64,000 nucleotides of DNA from Tortispora ganteri. Taxonomy: Eukaryota. This document shows positions 41,842 through 53,011 of the stretch, in pieces. A program made the translations under genes and the position numbers. How positions within the stretch are numbered: position 1 is the first letter of the stretch; each line of letters begins with the position of its first letter. The stretch is from assembly GCA_003707115.1 (NCBI GenBank), contig PPNB01000023.1:62001-126000 (forward strand), read 5' to 3'. A model generated the notes under the pieces. It ran no database searches, was not told the origin of the DNA, and saw nothing but the letters and a program-made list of their open reading frames with translations.

Positions 41842-42951
41842 TTACAATAACCCGGACGACCTCAACTGCGCCTGCAGAATAGTGTCGGAGATCGCGTTCA
41901 TTACGAAGTTGATCTGCTTACTGTCGGTAGCGCACGTGAAATGCGTGTATACTTCACGCCCACTAGAGGCTGATTCAGACAGAATCAGGTTCTTAATGTA
42001 CTGTGCAGCAGCGTTAGCATCGTTGGGCGGGCCTGTGTACTGCGGTAGGTACCGCGACAACGGATGCGATGGGATCATCTGTTCAAACAGATCAATCTTG
42101 TTGAGAAACAATATAATGCTGGCTTTGGAGAAGAAGTGCGAACTGGTAACAGCTTTGAATAAAGTAATATCTTCAGATAATCGCCCGTATCGCGGGTCTT
42201 CTGCAAGCACTTTGGCGTAATCACAAAGCGACACAACAAACAACACACTTGTTACGTCGTCAAAACACTGAATCCATTTTCGGCGCTCGTTACGCTGACC
42301 GCCAACATCTATCATTTTGTACGTTAACTTGCCCATCTTGAAGTTTTTCTCCACAATGCCTGTGGTACGAACGCGTACATGCAAAATGTCGTCATCTGTA
42401 GGTAGGAAATTCGGTGCAAGTATTCGGTCAGGATTTTTGGCCAGATCGTCCAGGAAATAAGCACCACCGTCGTCCAACTGCAATGTTTCAGGTCGTACCT
42501 TCAAAAATGCCTGAATTTGAGCATTATCCCACAGTGAAATACAACTGTGGACTATGGTGTTACAAGCGTATAGTGGCGTCCCATGCATGATAACCGACTC
42601 GGCCTCGTCGCTGTACAGAAGCGTCCGCAGTTGTTCTATGTCAGGCGAAGGCAGTACTTCTATCACAGCGTCAGCAAGAATACGTGCACCCAAGATAATA
42701 TTAGAGTATATATGCTGCCTGTATGTCAATTTCTGAGGATCAGAGAACCCGCTGCTGTGTAGAATCTCCATTTGCTTCAAAATAGTCGTCTTACCGGACT
42801 CACCTGCGCCCAGTAACAAGATCTTTGCCACTTGATGCGCCTGACGAGAGTACTCTGCCATCTGACTTTGCAGTTTGTCGTTAAGCGCCTTCTCTTCGTC
42901 ATAACCTGTAGCGCTCGGATCATATTCTGGTTTGGAACTTGTGCAACCCAT
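41842..42951 (-). CDS. Heterotrimeric G-protein alpha subunit; subclass uncertain
   Basis: MGC lipidation motif, GAGESGKT, RVRTTG, DVGGQR, FLNKID and TCATD motifs. Confidence 0.95.
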   Translation of the reverse strand: MGCTSSKPEYDPSATGYDEEKALNDKLQSQMAEYSRQAHQVAKILLLGAGESGKTTILKQMEILHSSGFSDPQKLTYRQHIYSNIILGARILADAVIEVLPSPDIEQLRTLLYSDEAESVIMHGTPLYACNTIVHSCISLWDNAQIQAFLKVRPETLQLDDGGAYFLDDLAKNPDRILAPNFLPTDDDILHVRVRTTGIVEKNFKMGKLTYKMIDVGGQRNERRKWIQCFDDVTSVLFVVSLCDYAKVLAEDPRYGRLSEDITLFKAVTSSHFFSKASIILFLNKIDLFEQMIPSHPLSRYLPQYTGPPNDANAAAQYIKNLILSESASSGREVYTHFTCATDSKQINFVMNAISDTILQAQLRSSGLL

Positions 42952-43718
42952 CTCTTCAAGTTATTCACTGATTGATATCCTGTTTCTTTACTACAAGTAG
43001 CCTGCAGAGGCTTTATTATGCAATATATTGTGCGATAATAGTCAGAAATAATGATAAGTGTCCCTATTAAATGGTGATCTATAATCTTAGAGAATCTCTT
43101 TGATCTCTTGACATAAATAGATGGTCCAATTGGGTCACCGCATCACAAACTGCCAACTTAGTATAAACCAATCATACATAGGTTTTTCAAATTAAGGTTT
43201 ATTGCTTCACGATTCAAAGAGACATATCTGCACCAAAAGACCGGAATATTAGACGAACTCACCAAAATTACATCTTACATTGGCACAACTTTAGCTTAAA
43301 AGCGAGTACCCTTACGTTTAGTAGCTCTAGTGATCGTTTACACTATTTATAACACCAACAGAGGTACGACAATGTATATAGTGAAGGCTATAAATGACAA
43401 TATGAATGATACACTCTGAATTAAAGATTGTCTACTATCTACTTATAAAGGTCACTTAGATCCAGCGTCAGGCTATATCTTAATCTGATTAAGGGAAAAA
43501 ATGAAGACAAAACAAATAGCAGCTCAAACAATTTCAAGAGCAATAAGATATGCTTGATCGCCAGTAATCAGCGATATTTGACACCGTCAAGAGCTGATTG
43601 AAATGACTATAAAATCGCACAAAACCTCGCCCTCGAAACAGGTAAAAGAAATATCCTCCTTGATGCAACGCAATTTATTAACAAGTCAATGTTATTCACA
43701 CTATTGAAATTGTGCATC

Positions 43719-44209
43719 TTAATACTTCAGAATAATGTAAAGTGCATGGATAATTCTAAAAAAGACGTTAGTAATATTCTAAAGCAAAACAAATCGATAC
43801 TCAGAATAATTTACCAGATTGTTATTCTTGCGCACGTTCATCCTATGGTGACTATGACAGTCGTGGCGGTCGTTGTTGCGGCGAAAGCACATGCATACAC
43901 AAGGCGGCAACCTAGTTGTCATCCAGTGTGAATAGCTTTTTTATGTCGACAATGGACCCATTGAACGTAGGCAAATTCGATTCCTTTAGATACTGAGCTA
44001 TCAAATATTATAACTTACCCTGGGATGTATCCGAAACAGCAGAGAATGAGGTTGATAAGAAGATCAATACCGCAGCCTCTTTCAAGGAAAACTCCTACGA
44101 AGGGAACAATAATTGCTAGAATTGGTTAGTACTTCTATCGTGGATTGCATAATTACTAAAAATACATACCGATGATTATTTTAACGATATCTGATGATGT
44201 CAAAGCCAT
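43719..44209 (-). CDS. PMP3: Pmp3-family plasma-membrane proteolipid, 57 aa, 3 exons (not in the ORF track)
   Basis: Exons 44209-44170, 44115-44019 and 43755-43719. Introns are GTATGT..TACTAAC..TAG (54 nt) and GTAAGT..TACTAAC..TAG (263 nt). Protein: MALTSSDIVKIIIAIIVPFVGVFLERGCGIDLLINLILCCFGYIPGIIHALYIILKY. Confidence 0.93.
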
Positions 44210-44992
44210 TTCAAGTATGAGTTAAATCGTCAATAAAAGCTGATATAGTCGATGTTTAGGTGTGGGAGAAGGTGCAGGAAATTACGGATTAGTCCGCCTT
44301 GCCTACTTATAAATAATGTTACCCTCCTTTAGATATACCTGTGCCTCACCCGCCCGAAAATAATTACCGGTGATGGAGGGCGGAACAGCCGTACCAACAT
44401 AAGAACCTTATTTATTGACAACTACGTAATGACAATTAGTTAATGGATCTACTGTTTATTACCGGCTAATAAAATTGCTCAGACTGCTGCGTCATTCGCT
44501 AGCAGCGCACTCTCTTTCACACCTTTAGCTCCGATCGCACAACTACCTCCTAGATCTCTCAATTAGTTCGATCCAAGCAGGATCTGATCTACTCATATCA
44601 ATAACATCGACCATTGTAGTATAACTAACCCCTGTATTCAATATCTAACTGCTAACTGGCCTGAATGTTTCTCCAGACATCAGGTTCACCGCTCTTGACC
44701 ATGGCCCTTGGCTGGTGCTGGGCATACTACCGGTCTCGTCGGCTCACAAGTCTTCATTGACTAATACTCAATCATCCAAACCAAACACGTCAGCACGCTG
44801 TCTAACAGAGGCGATTCGCCATGCTACACTAAATTATTAAACACGAAAGCCCTACGCTGCACGTAAACAGCTACATTGCGCCAAAACCACGTTCAAAGTC
44901 GGTACTGTAAAAAACCCTAGACCCACTTGAATACACCCATGACCTACAAACACTTCCATGTCAACCAATCACACTTTCGAGAAATACCGAAA

Positions 44993-45301
44993 ATGGGTCC
45001 TAGCGAGTTGCCAGAACAGAGTAAGTAAACATTTTGCGAAGTCGAAATAATCATCGATATATTGGCTGGCGCACAATTTACTGACATTCAAGTTTCCCAC
45101 CAGGAGATGAAGGATGCCAAGCTGCCTTTGGCCTACAGAGACCGATGTGCCGGCTACCTCATTAAATTAAACAAGTGCCGACCTGAGGGTTGGTATCTGC
45201 CCTGGAACTGCGAGCACGAAAGACATGAGTATGAAAAATGTGAATATCTTGAATTTAAAAGACGTGTGGCTGAGATGCAGAAGCTCAAACAAAAGCAATA
45301 G
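44993..45301 (+). CDS. NDUFB7: Complex I accessory subunit NDUFB7/B18 (NB8M), 2 exons
   Basis: Exon 1 44993-45020; intron 45021-45092 (GTAAGT, TACTGAC, AAG). Protein contains EMKDAKLPLAYRDRCA..LNKCR..LPWNCEHERHEYEKC (twin CX9C). Confidence 0.9.
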
Positions 45302-45429
45302 AGAACTTGTTTTTGGCCTGTTAAATACAGATCTACTACACTGTTTTTACCCTCATTTCACGACTATAATAGTATGACAATCATTTATAAGACTCTTTTC
45401 TTTTGCACAATTGTAGCTTGTCTAGGTGC

Positions 45430-47537
45430 TCACTGTGCACTGACACCGTTCGTTTCGTGACAACAAGTTCCGCGCTTCTGCTGTATAGTTCCTAGCAAAG
45501 ACCCTGCAACATCAGGCTCATCCCATCCTTTTTCTTTCGTTATTTCTTCAATGGTCTTCATCAGATCATAATTTATCTGCTCAGACACCACTGAATCGAA
45601 TTTATAGTCAGGATGGCTCCTTATAAATTTGCGAATCCACGTAGCGGTAGTGTCCAACTCTCCGGAGGCTCTTTTTGAAATCAGTGTCAAGTAAACTTCC
45701 AGCTGCTTGCGAATGCCAATCTCAACATTCATGGTGTCTAAATACTTTCGCACCAGGGCAAGAAGTCCCGGAAATCCATGCATTCCTGACATGCCTCCAC
45801 ACCGTTCACAGTAAGTGGCCTTGCCATTAATGATCTCATTAATGCTCATATACTCATACTCGTCCTCAACTGGTGTGCTTGCAGAAGAAAAGCCGCTAGA
45901 AATAGATGGCGCAGGACTATGTATTGGTGATGCTGGCCTGGTGCGGTTAAACGTAAACACGTTTTTTCTAAACCAAAATTTCTCATTTAATACTGCACCT
46001 CGACGATGCGCAACGTTCATGTTCTCGTCAACTTTACTGATAGGCACAAGAAAATTCAGCCCAAATGAAAGAATAGCTCGAGTTACCAGTACAATAAATA
46101 TTGAAAAAGCAGCGTTTTCAAAGTCAGTGAACTGTACTTCCATGCTGCGGAATTCAACTCTCCATCCAATGGATGACTTCTTATAATCATTACCTTTACC
46201 ATGGCTAGGTTCACCAGGTGGGGGCTTAAATCGCATAGTCTGCCAATTGGTGCTTTGAATGTTTTCAAAGTGATCAGTATCGACTGCATCGTTTTGCTTT
46301 AGGCTGTCGGAAAACACAACAATAGGATCACGGATGAACAGGTGCGCAAAATGATTAGCCAACGGTGTGGGGAAATCAGCTTCCAGTAACCGATCACGAA
46401 TCTTTTCGTCCATTACTAGAGGTATGTCGTTGTATTCAGGTCGCATAAGCGGAGATTCTGATATGTAAGAATCTATAGAATCGTATCGAGATTTTGGTAT
46501 TCTGAAGCGTGCATTTTTTAGTGGCTCTAGTCCCCTTTCTTCTGGCGTCCGGTCGTCAACAGATCCCGCTATAACGTTCCAGCGGCAGTCCTGGTCCGAA
46601 AGATATCCACGGTATGCCGGGGAAGCTGCAGTCAATGCCAGCATAATCGGGCCTAGTGGAGCCAGCTGATCGTATAGATTTCTAGCCTCTTCAATATCAG
46701 TAGCCTGAAAGGTAATCTGTAAGCAACAACAACCCATTCCAAATCCCATGGAATCCATGTAGATATGATCGGGAAGAGCAGCTCCGTCGCGAGCGTTTGC
46801 ATCCTCGGGGTATAAGTCACGGTCGAATGGGATATTGGGATCCATCCAGGGGGACGGCGAAGTCTTAGTATCGAAGAATAAAGGAACATTGATAGCTACC
46901 TTCGAACCGCGACGCTCTCTAATGTTCGCTGTCAAGGTCGGAAATCGGGGGTGTGGGTTGATGATTTCGTCAGGCAGGAATAAGGACCTCGATGCCGCGC
47001 CATTCGGCTCGTAATATGGTTCAGTAAACTTTCCAGGAACGCCCAAGCGCGGAAATGAAGTCACAGTAAGGGGAACTTCGTTTTCGAGCATGTGTTCACG
47101 GGCGATGACCCTGCGTGACTTCATATTCGCTTCAACAGTGCAGATATCTTCAATAGTGCCGCGATACGGCTTAGAAGGTGTTGCTTCAAGCATATAGCGG
47201 CCGTACTCGGGGTGATAAAATACACCTGGAGTATCAAACTTTGCTAGCTCTTCGAGAATCTGCGCTTGACGAAGTGAGAGGTTTGCAGCTCGGTTTTGGT
47301 GATCGTAACTGACGACCATGTATTCCACCTCATCTCCCCAGAGGAGGACGTAGCCTTTGCAGTCCTTGTAGTTATTGTATAAATTTATAAGCTGCTCGAT
47401 ACCATGAGATCGTACATAATCAGCCAGAGGCTTGGCATCTTTCCAGGGTAGAGGTGTTCCTACAGATCTAAATTGTTAGTGTTCACGGCTAGTCGGCTTA
47501 GTAAGCTGGCGAAGTTGTTTACTTACAATAGGCCCAT
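45430..47537 (-). CDS. GSH1: Glutamate-cysteine ligase (2 exons)
   Basis: Exon 1 47537-47527; intron 47526-47468 (GTAAGT, CACTAAC, TAG). Spliced protein reads MGLLSVGTPLPW..LWGDEVEY..MGFGMGCCCLQ..HFENIQSTNWQT..GWRVEFR. Confidence 0.97.
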
Positions 47538-47874
47538 TACAGCGTGAGTTGCTACTGACAAAACTAGTAATTAAAAAAACTAAAATTTTCGTTAGTAGCA
47601 CTTAATGCGCGCTTAAAAAAAAAAATGAACTCCAAGGCCCGGCGTTCACAATTACGGCAATGTTCAACTTGGAAAGTTACGGGCTTGGTGGAAGATAAAT
47701 TGTGAAGAAAGACGCAATCTATTACCATTTTCAGTTCCAACTGTCAGCCGCATCGATAAAGTTTAAGATTTAAACTGTAAATTTTTATACAAGAGCATGA
47801 TAAATTGAAGGCGAACTTGACTTTTTTGTCTTGTTCAATTTTCATCAATACCAATAAGATCTAACCAAATTGTT

Positions 47875-49383
47875 TCATGTAGCCGTTGGCTTTTGCTTTT
47901 TTATAGACTTTGCGTAGCTCAATCCGCACGCATTGCATAATGTTCGTTTCCCGTCGGGTCCTCCTCTCCATTCCGGAGTATCGCGAGCCCCACATCTAAT
48001 GCATTGCAAGTTTTCGTTTCCGCGTCTTTTCCGTCTTTTATTGCTCATTATAGTCGACACTTTTTCTTTATTTCCCTTATGAACCCGCAATTTACCTTCG
48101 ATCTCCTTTTCAAATTGCTCTCTACCACCACTGGCAATTAGCGCGGCTTCGCCTCTTGTCTGCGATTCGACTTCGACCGTTACCGGGTGCATCTCTGGCA
48201 TATTCGATATTATAGGCATATTCATCATCCCTGGCAGACCCGGTACTCCTGTTGTTACCGCTAATCCTGGTATGCCAGGTCTATTATGTACTCCTGGTAC
48301 TGAAACGATTCCTGAATCTCCCGGTGGTATTCCTCGGTATCTCCAGTGCATATCGTTTATCACCGGATTTCGTCGAGGTATTATTCCATATGAAATCCCA
48401 GGAATATCTTTGTTTGTCATTTCATAATTTGTTCTCCAGCTATTTAATGTATTGGCGGCTGTTGTCTCAGAAGCTTCTAAAGATCTAGTTGGAGTTACTG
48501 GCTGACTCATCACCCGTTTCATATCCTGTTCAACACTTCGTACTCCAATACCTCGTTTTTCTTTAGGCTGAACGTCACTTATAAAAGTTTGCCTTACCTC
48601 GAGTAGATCTACTATTTGAAGTTCCTCCTTTACACTATGCATCAGTGAATGAAGTACCCCAGCGGGATGTGGCTTATATTCCTCCTTTTTTCCCCCATTA
48701 CTTTCAATAGCACCAGACTGCTCATTCTCGATATTTCCTATCTGAAGCATCTGTTCTAACTGTTTGATAAACTCTTGCGTTGTGGCTGCTTGCTTCTTGA
48801 GTTGTTGTACAATTGATAAAAGCTCCGCATTGTTCGCTCCTTGTTTAGAGTGATTGACATCACCTTCTGTAAAGCCATGGGCTGGCATCGCTGACACTGT
48901 CAACGCTCGAAACATAGGGCGATGACTTTGAAGAACTGATGGCTCTCTGCCATTTGCTTTGTCATCAGGCTTTGGCAGTAAAAATCTTCTCTCACCGTTG
49001 CTCCTCACCTCCTCGGAGCTATGTGTCCTCCGTAAGGGAGTGCCCATGTTAATAATGGCCGCAGAATGACTATCATTAAGCAAAGAATGCAATGTACTTT
49101 TTTTCGGCTTAGATAAAATATCATCACTGTGTGACCCAGCGAGATATCTATGGCCAGAGTCTTCTTTACCTGCTGCGTTCAACAGTTCCTTAATAGGTGG
49201 GATCTGCGTGGAGTATTGCAAAGATGATGCACTGGCTACTGTACTAGGTGTGGCCGACTTAACTCTGTTAATAGCAGACTGGTCACTCTCAGTGTATTTG
49301 AGTAACGAATCTGATGTCTTCTGATTTGAAAACTTCTCAGTTTGTCTAGGCTTCATGGTAAGTTTTGTTTCGCAGCGGCGCAT
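47875..49383 (-). CDS. GATA zinc-finger transcription factor (Gat2/Brg1/NsdD-like CX2CX18CX2C); start at 49383 or 49356
   Basis: C-terminal CIRCGARDTPEWRGGPDGKRTLCNACGL, preceded by a basic NLS-like KRRKRR. Confidence 0.85.
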   Translation of the reverse strand: MRRCETKLTMKPRQTEKFSNQKTSDSLLKYTESDQSAINRVKSATPSTVASASSLQYSTQIPPIKELLNAAGKEDSGHRYLAGSHSDDILSKPKKSTLHSLLNDSHSAAIINMGTPLRRTHSSEEVRSNGERRFLLPKPDDKANGREPSVLQSHRPMFRALTVSAMPAHGFTEGDVNHSKQGANNAELLSIVQQLKKQAATTQEFIKQLEQMLQIGNIENEQSGAIESNGGKKEEYKPHPAGVLHSLMHSVKEELQIVDLLEVRQTFISDVQPKEKRGIGVRSVEQDMKRVMSQPVTPTRSLEASETTAANTLNSWRTNYEMTNKDIPGISYGIIPRRNPVINDMHWRYRGIPPGDSGIVSVPGVHNRPGIPGLAVTTGVPGLPGMMNMPIISNMPEMHPVTVEVESQTRGEAALIASGGREQFEKEIEGKLRVHKGNKEKVSTIMSNKRRKRRGNENLQCIRCGARDTPEWRGGPDGKRTLCNACGLSYAKSIKKQKPTAT

Positions 49384-51748
49384 TCTGGTTAAATATGATA
49401 TCCACGATTCTTGCAAGCAGTCTGAATATGTGAAAGGATAAACGTGAAAAAAAGAGAATTGAGAGTTATTTGCTTCTTATCGATCTGGTGACTAAATATC
49501 AAGATCGAAAGAGGGTCCTATGTCACACCTTTTCTCTCAAGCCTGGACGCACAATTGAATCTCAATTCTAACCTTGTTTTTTCGTATTTTTTTACTGGTT
49601 CTAGCTCGTTTAGTTTTCTTGAAACGAATATTGCCTGCTGCTTTACTGATACAAACAAACCAGAGTTTTCCTTTCTTGGGTATATAGTAAAGAAGGAGAG
49701 GATCGCTTTCTGTTAAAGATCCAGGCTATATCTTTAGCGTATAATTGTTTCAGATAAGACGCGGCTTCAAAATTTTTGAGTTATTAGAGACTTAGTCTTG
49801 CACTCTTTCTGTTCTGATAGAAATCTTTTGCTTCTTTATGGTGGCCGTATCTTTTTTTGCTTCAGCCAACTATAATTTTTTGCCCTATATATGGCGATCA
49901 AGTATGTGGAATTATAAGCTGAGTGCGATGATCTTGGTATCTTCTCGTATTTTGTCTCTGCATATATATGCTTTGAGCCTTCCGAGTGACAAGAACCTGA
50001 ACGGTCTTGTACCGAGGGCCCTGAGCATCCACTTAGGCCTGCATTGACTTGAAACATAATTTCTGTGTTATGTCCCGATTTCGTTTATTTTGAATTTTAC
50101 CGTTCAAAGTTTACTAGTATTCGCTTTCTTTATTGAAAAGAAAATCTATTGATATTGATTTTGATTGTTTCTGCCCGTTTCATGCCCTTCAGAAATGTAC
50201 ATTATTGAAATCTGTTAAACTGGACAGTTTTTTAGTTTTCTATGTGCTCGGCATGTATTTCCTACTTCGGATCAATGGTTTTGATTAACCTTTGGACTTT
50301 TGCATCATTTTGCCTTAGCCTACTCGTATTTTTTCTTTTCAACGTCACCGGGAATTTGACTTTTCACGAAGTTCTATTGATGATTTTTTGCGACTTAAAG
50401 GGTCTGAATCAGATTTCATTTACCGGTTTTGGTAAAGCCATTTAGGCAGGCTGCATCTGTACTAAGACCCTGTATGAAAAGGGCAAGTCAAGAAAGTTTC
50501 ATCTAATCTCTGCATTCGTTTCTTTATGTAATGGATCTGGACTTATTTTTTTCTTGGTTGCCCGGTTGGATTTTTATTGATCCAACTACGTTTCATAAAA
50601 TTTACTTTCATTAACGTTTTGCCTGTCATCTCTTTATTCACATATAAGATTTTCAGAAAACTCAAAGTATATTATTGTTAGTATAATGGGCATCGTCAAT
50701 TCTCGCTGCGGAGCATATGTTATGCTCTACATATCAGTGGTAATATATGGCCTAAAGGATCTACAGCTGACCCCTGAATATTCATGGTATTGCTTATCTG
50801 CACCATGCATTTCCATATATTGGCGAACCTGAGGGCTCGTATACATGATATTGCTTTTATTTTTATTTTCTTTTTAGCAAATCATGTCACGGCTTTTTCA
50901 CAGAAAGTTTACTCATGAACTGAGTGTATATGATTTGAAGGCTTCTGTGCATCTTTTCATGGCTACACGATTACATTATACTCATTTAGCTTGTCTGTTC
51001 TCTCTTGCCTATACTTTCCGGACCTGGTTAAAAGTTCACCTTTATTCTATTGATACTCTAAACACATGACTAGTTTATTTTTTCTTGCAATTATGCAAAA
51101 AATACTCAACATGGAAAGTGGACCATCCAAGTAACGGAATGTTTTGCATCGGCTAGCTATGAGAGTATATTTTTGTGTGTGCGTGTATGTGTGACTTGCT
51201 GCATTCACTGAACTGATATTTTCACTTTTCTGTTAAGAAGCGCGCTGGTTCTGTCAATATCACCCCGTAGAAGCACATTGAACAAAATCAGTTATTCCTA
51301 ATTTGGAAATTCTTCGATCTTACTCTCGTATAAAGCTCGTTTTTGCTCTATCACCTCATCGTTTTTATTCTGAATACGAGCTGTGCAATCCCTTTTGCCG
51401 CTTTAGTACAAGTCTCAACCGTGGCTTGAAAACTTCTCGCCTTTTTCTCTAAACGGCAATCATCGACGGTATTGCAATATTGCACATTTTTGCAATACTA
51501 TACCCATACCTATACGTAAATCATTCCTAAGCCTATTTATTTCAAAGAAGAGAATGTCAGGTTAATTATTAATACATCTTAATTGTACAATGTCGTAGAC
51601 ACGTATTTAATATTCGCCCTCGTTAAGAGAATAAATTGCTCAGTACAAGAGACAGATGAGAAACTTCAAGTACATATCAATATCCAGAAAGCAGATCAGC
51701 GATATAGTTGAAGTCCAGTTAATGTACAGTAAGCATAGTCAATGTAAA

Positions 51749-53011
51749 CTATTGATGTTGAAAAGATGATTGATCTGTATGCTTAAATGACAAAAGAATA
51801 TCATCTGAAGTAACATTGTGCGATGAGGAGTGCCTAGCATTTCGTTGAGCTTCTGCAAAAGTCTGTAGGTCCCGAGTAGCAGCAGTTCTTCCCGTGTCAG
51901 CAAGCCCAGAAGCAACTCGACCGAAAGTAGCAGTAAATGACATATGCTCTGGGTATTGCTGGCTCGCTTGGTATACATTTGGCATTGCAAGATTGATATA
52001 ATTTTCAGGTTCTGATTGAGGGTAGTTACGGCGTCCCGGGTAGGGCCTAGTGTCTGGCAATGGATGAGTGTAAGAAGACCCGGCAGGTTTATTCTGGTCA
52101 TCGTTCAGTATGCAAGAACTGTCTTCAAAAAGCCGAGAGTTATTGTTAATCCATTCCTCAGCAACAGGAGAGTTGAGCCATTCTTCACGCTCCTGCTTCA
52201 AAGATCGGATTGTATTTTGTATATTCTCCAAACGTGCTTTATTCTGTTGGTTCTGAGGATTTGGCTGCATTGTCTTGTTAGATTGAGGCCGGTTATACCA
52301 TGAAGAAGGAATTTTGCCGTCTTTAAAATCCATTAAAAACGTTTCAGCAATTAGCCGAGAAACGGATAAATATACCACACTGCTGTGATTACTGGATTCG
52401 GCCAATGAGACCCTTAATTTCAAATCGTCTAGAGCCCGTTCGGCGCACCAACTGACAAGCTGCCTCATTCTATGAGGCTCCAAGGCATCGACATCTAGAT
52501 GTCGATAAAAAATAGAAGGATCAATTTGTGGATGCGTTATAAACTTAAACCCAAGCGAGCTGGCACGTTTTCCACGTATGCCAATGCTACTCCTGCCAGA
52601 CCGCCTGTTATTGTTGGATCTTTCTGATGTTCTTCGCGGATGTATAGGAGTATCTGACATAATTAAAGATCCAACAGCCATGGATATCCGGGATTTGCTT
52701 ATTGGCGGTGAAGGGGTCGATACTGGTGGCAGGTTGTTGCTATCTTTAGGTAACTCCGGGTCGTGTGAAGGTGGGGTATCTTTAGCTGCGGTATTAGATT
52801 CTGTAGTAATATTCATGTCGCTAGTGGCTACCGACCGCGCACTGGATTGTCTTTGTTTCTTTTGCTTAGTAGCCAATGAAGGGCTCGAGGATACGCGCTT
52901 AAAAACAAACCCGTTTCGTTCTTCGACATTTGGATCTAAAACAGGATCTGCTGCGGCGGTTGAAGCTCTCGTAGATCTGCGGGTCGATTTGGACCGTTGG
53001 ATCTGTTCCAT
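51749..53011 (-). CDS. DSN1: Kinetochore Mis12-complex subunit Dsn1/Mis13
   Basis: GFVFKR, RSSIGIRGKRASS, HPQI..FYRHLD..EPHRMRQLVSWC..RAL, SWYNR and PNPQN.QN motifs. Confidence 0.87.
   Translation of the reverse strand: MEQIQRSKSTRRSTRASTAAADPVLDPNVEERNGFVFKRVSSSPSLATKQKKQRQSSARSVATSDMNITTESNTAAKDTPPSHDPELPKDSNNLPPVSTPSPPISKSRISMAVGSLIMSDTPIHPRRTSERSNNNRRSGRSSIGIRGKRASSLGFKFITHPQIDPSIFYRHLDVDALEPHRMRQLVSWCAERALDDLKLRVSLAESSNHSSVVYLSVSRLIAETFLMDFKDGKIPSSWYNRPQSNKTMQPNPQNQQNKARLENIQNTIRSLKQEREEWLNSPVAEEWINNNSRLFEDSSCILNDDQNKPAGSSYTHPLPDTRPYPGRRNYPQSEPENYINLAMPNVYQASQQYPEHMSFTATFGRVASGLADTGRTAATRDLQTFAEAQRNARHSSSHNVTSDDILLSFKHTDQSSFQHQ

Noticed and set aside
10727..42951. MAT locus or mating cluster (STE2, homeodomain gene, G-alpha)
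   Set aside because: The homeodomain protein is Yox1-type. There is no alpha-box or HMG gene, no SLA2/APN2, and the three genes are separated by many housekeeping genes.
44666..44760. Pheromone precursor (GWCWAYY peptide)
   Set aside because: No signal peptide, no KR-flanked repeats and no C-terminal CAAX.
51739..52101. Frameshifted alternative C-terminus of DSN1
   Set aside because: The main frame is uninterrupted and ends in a plausible D.LL helix. The overlapping frame has no recognisable similarity and no slippery site.
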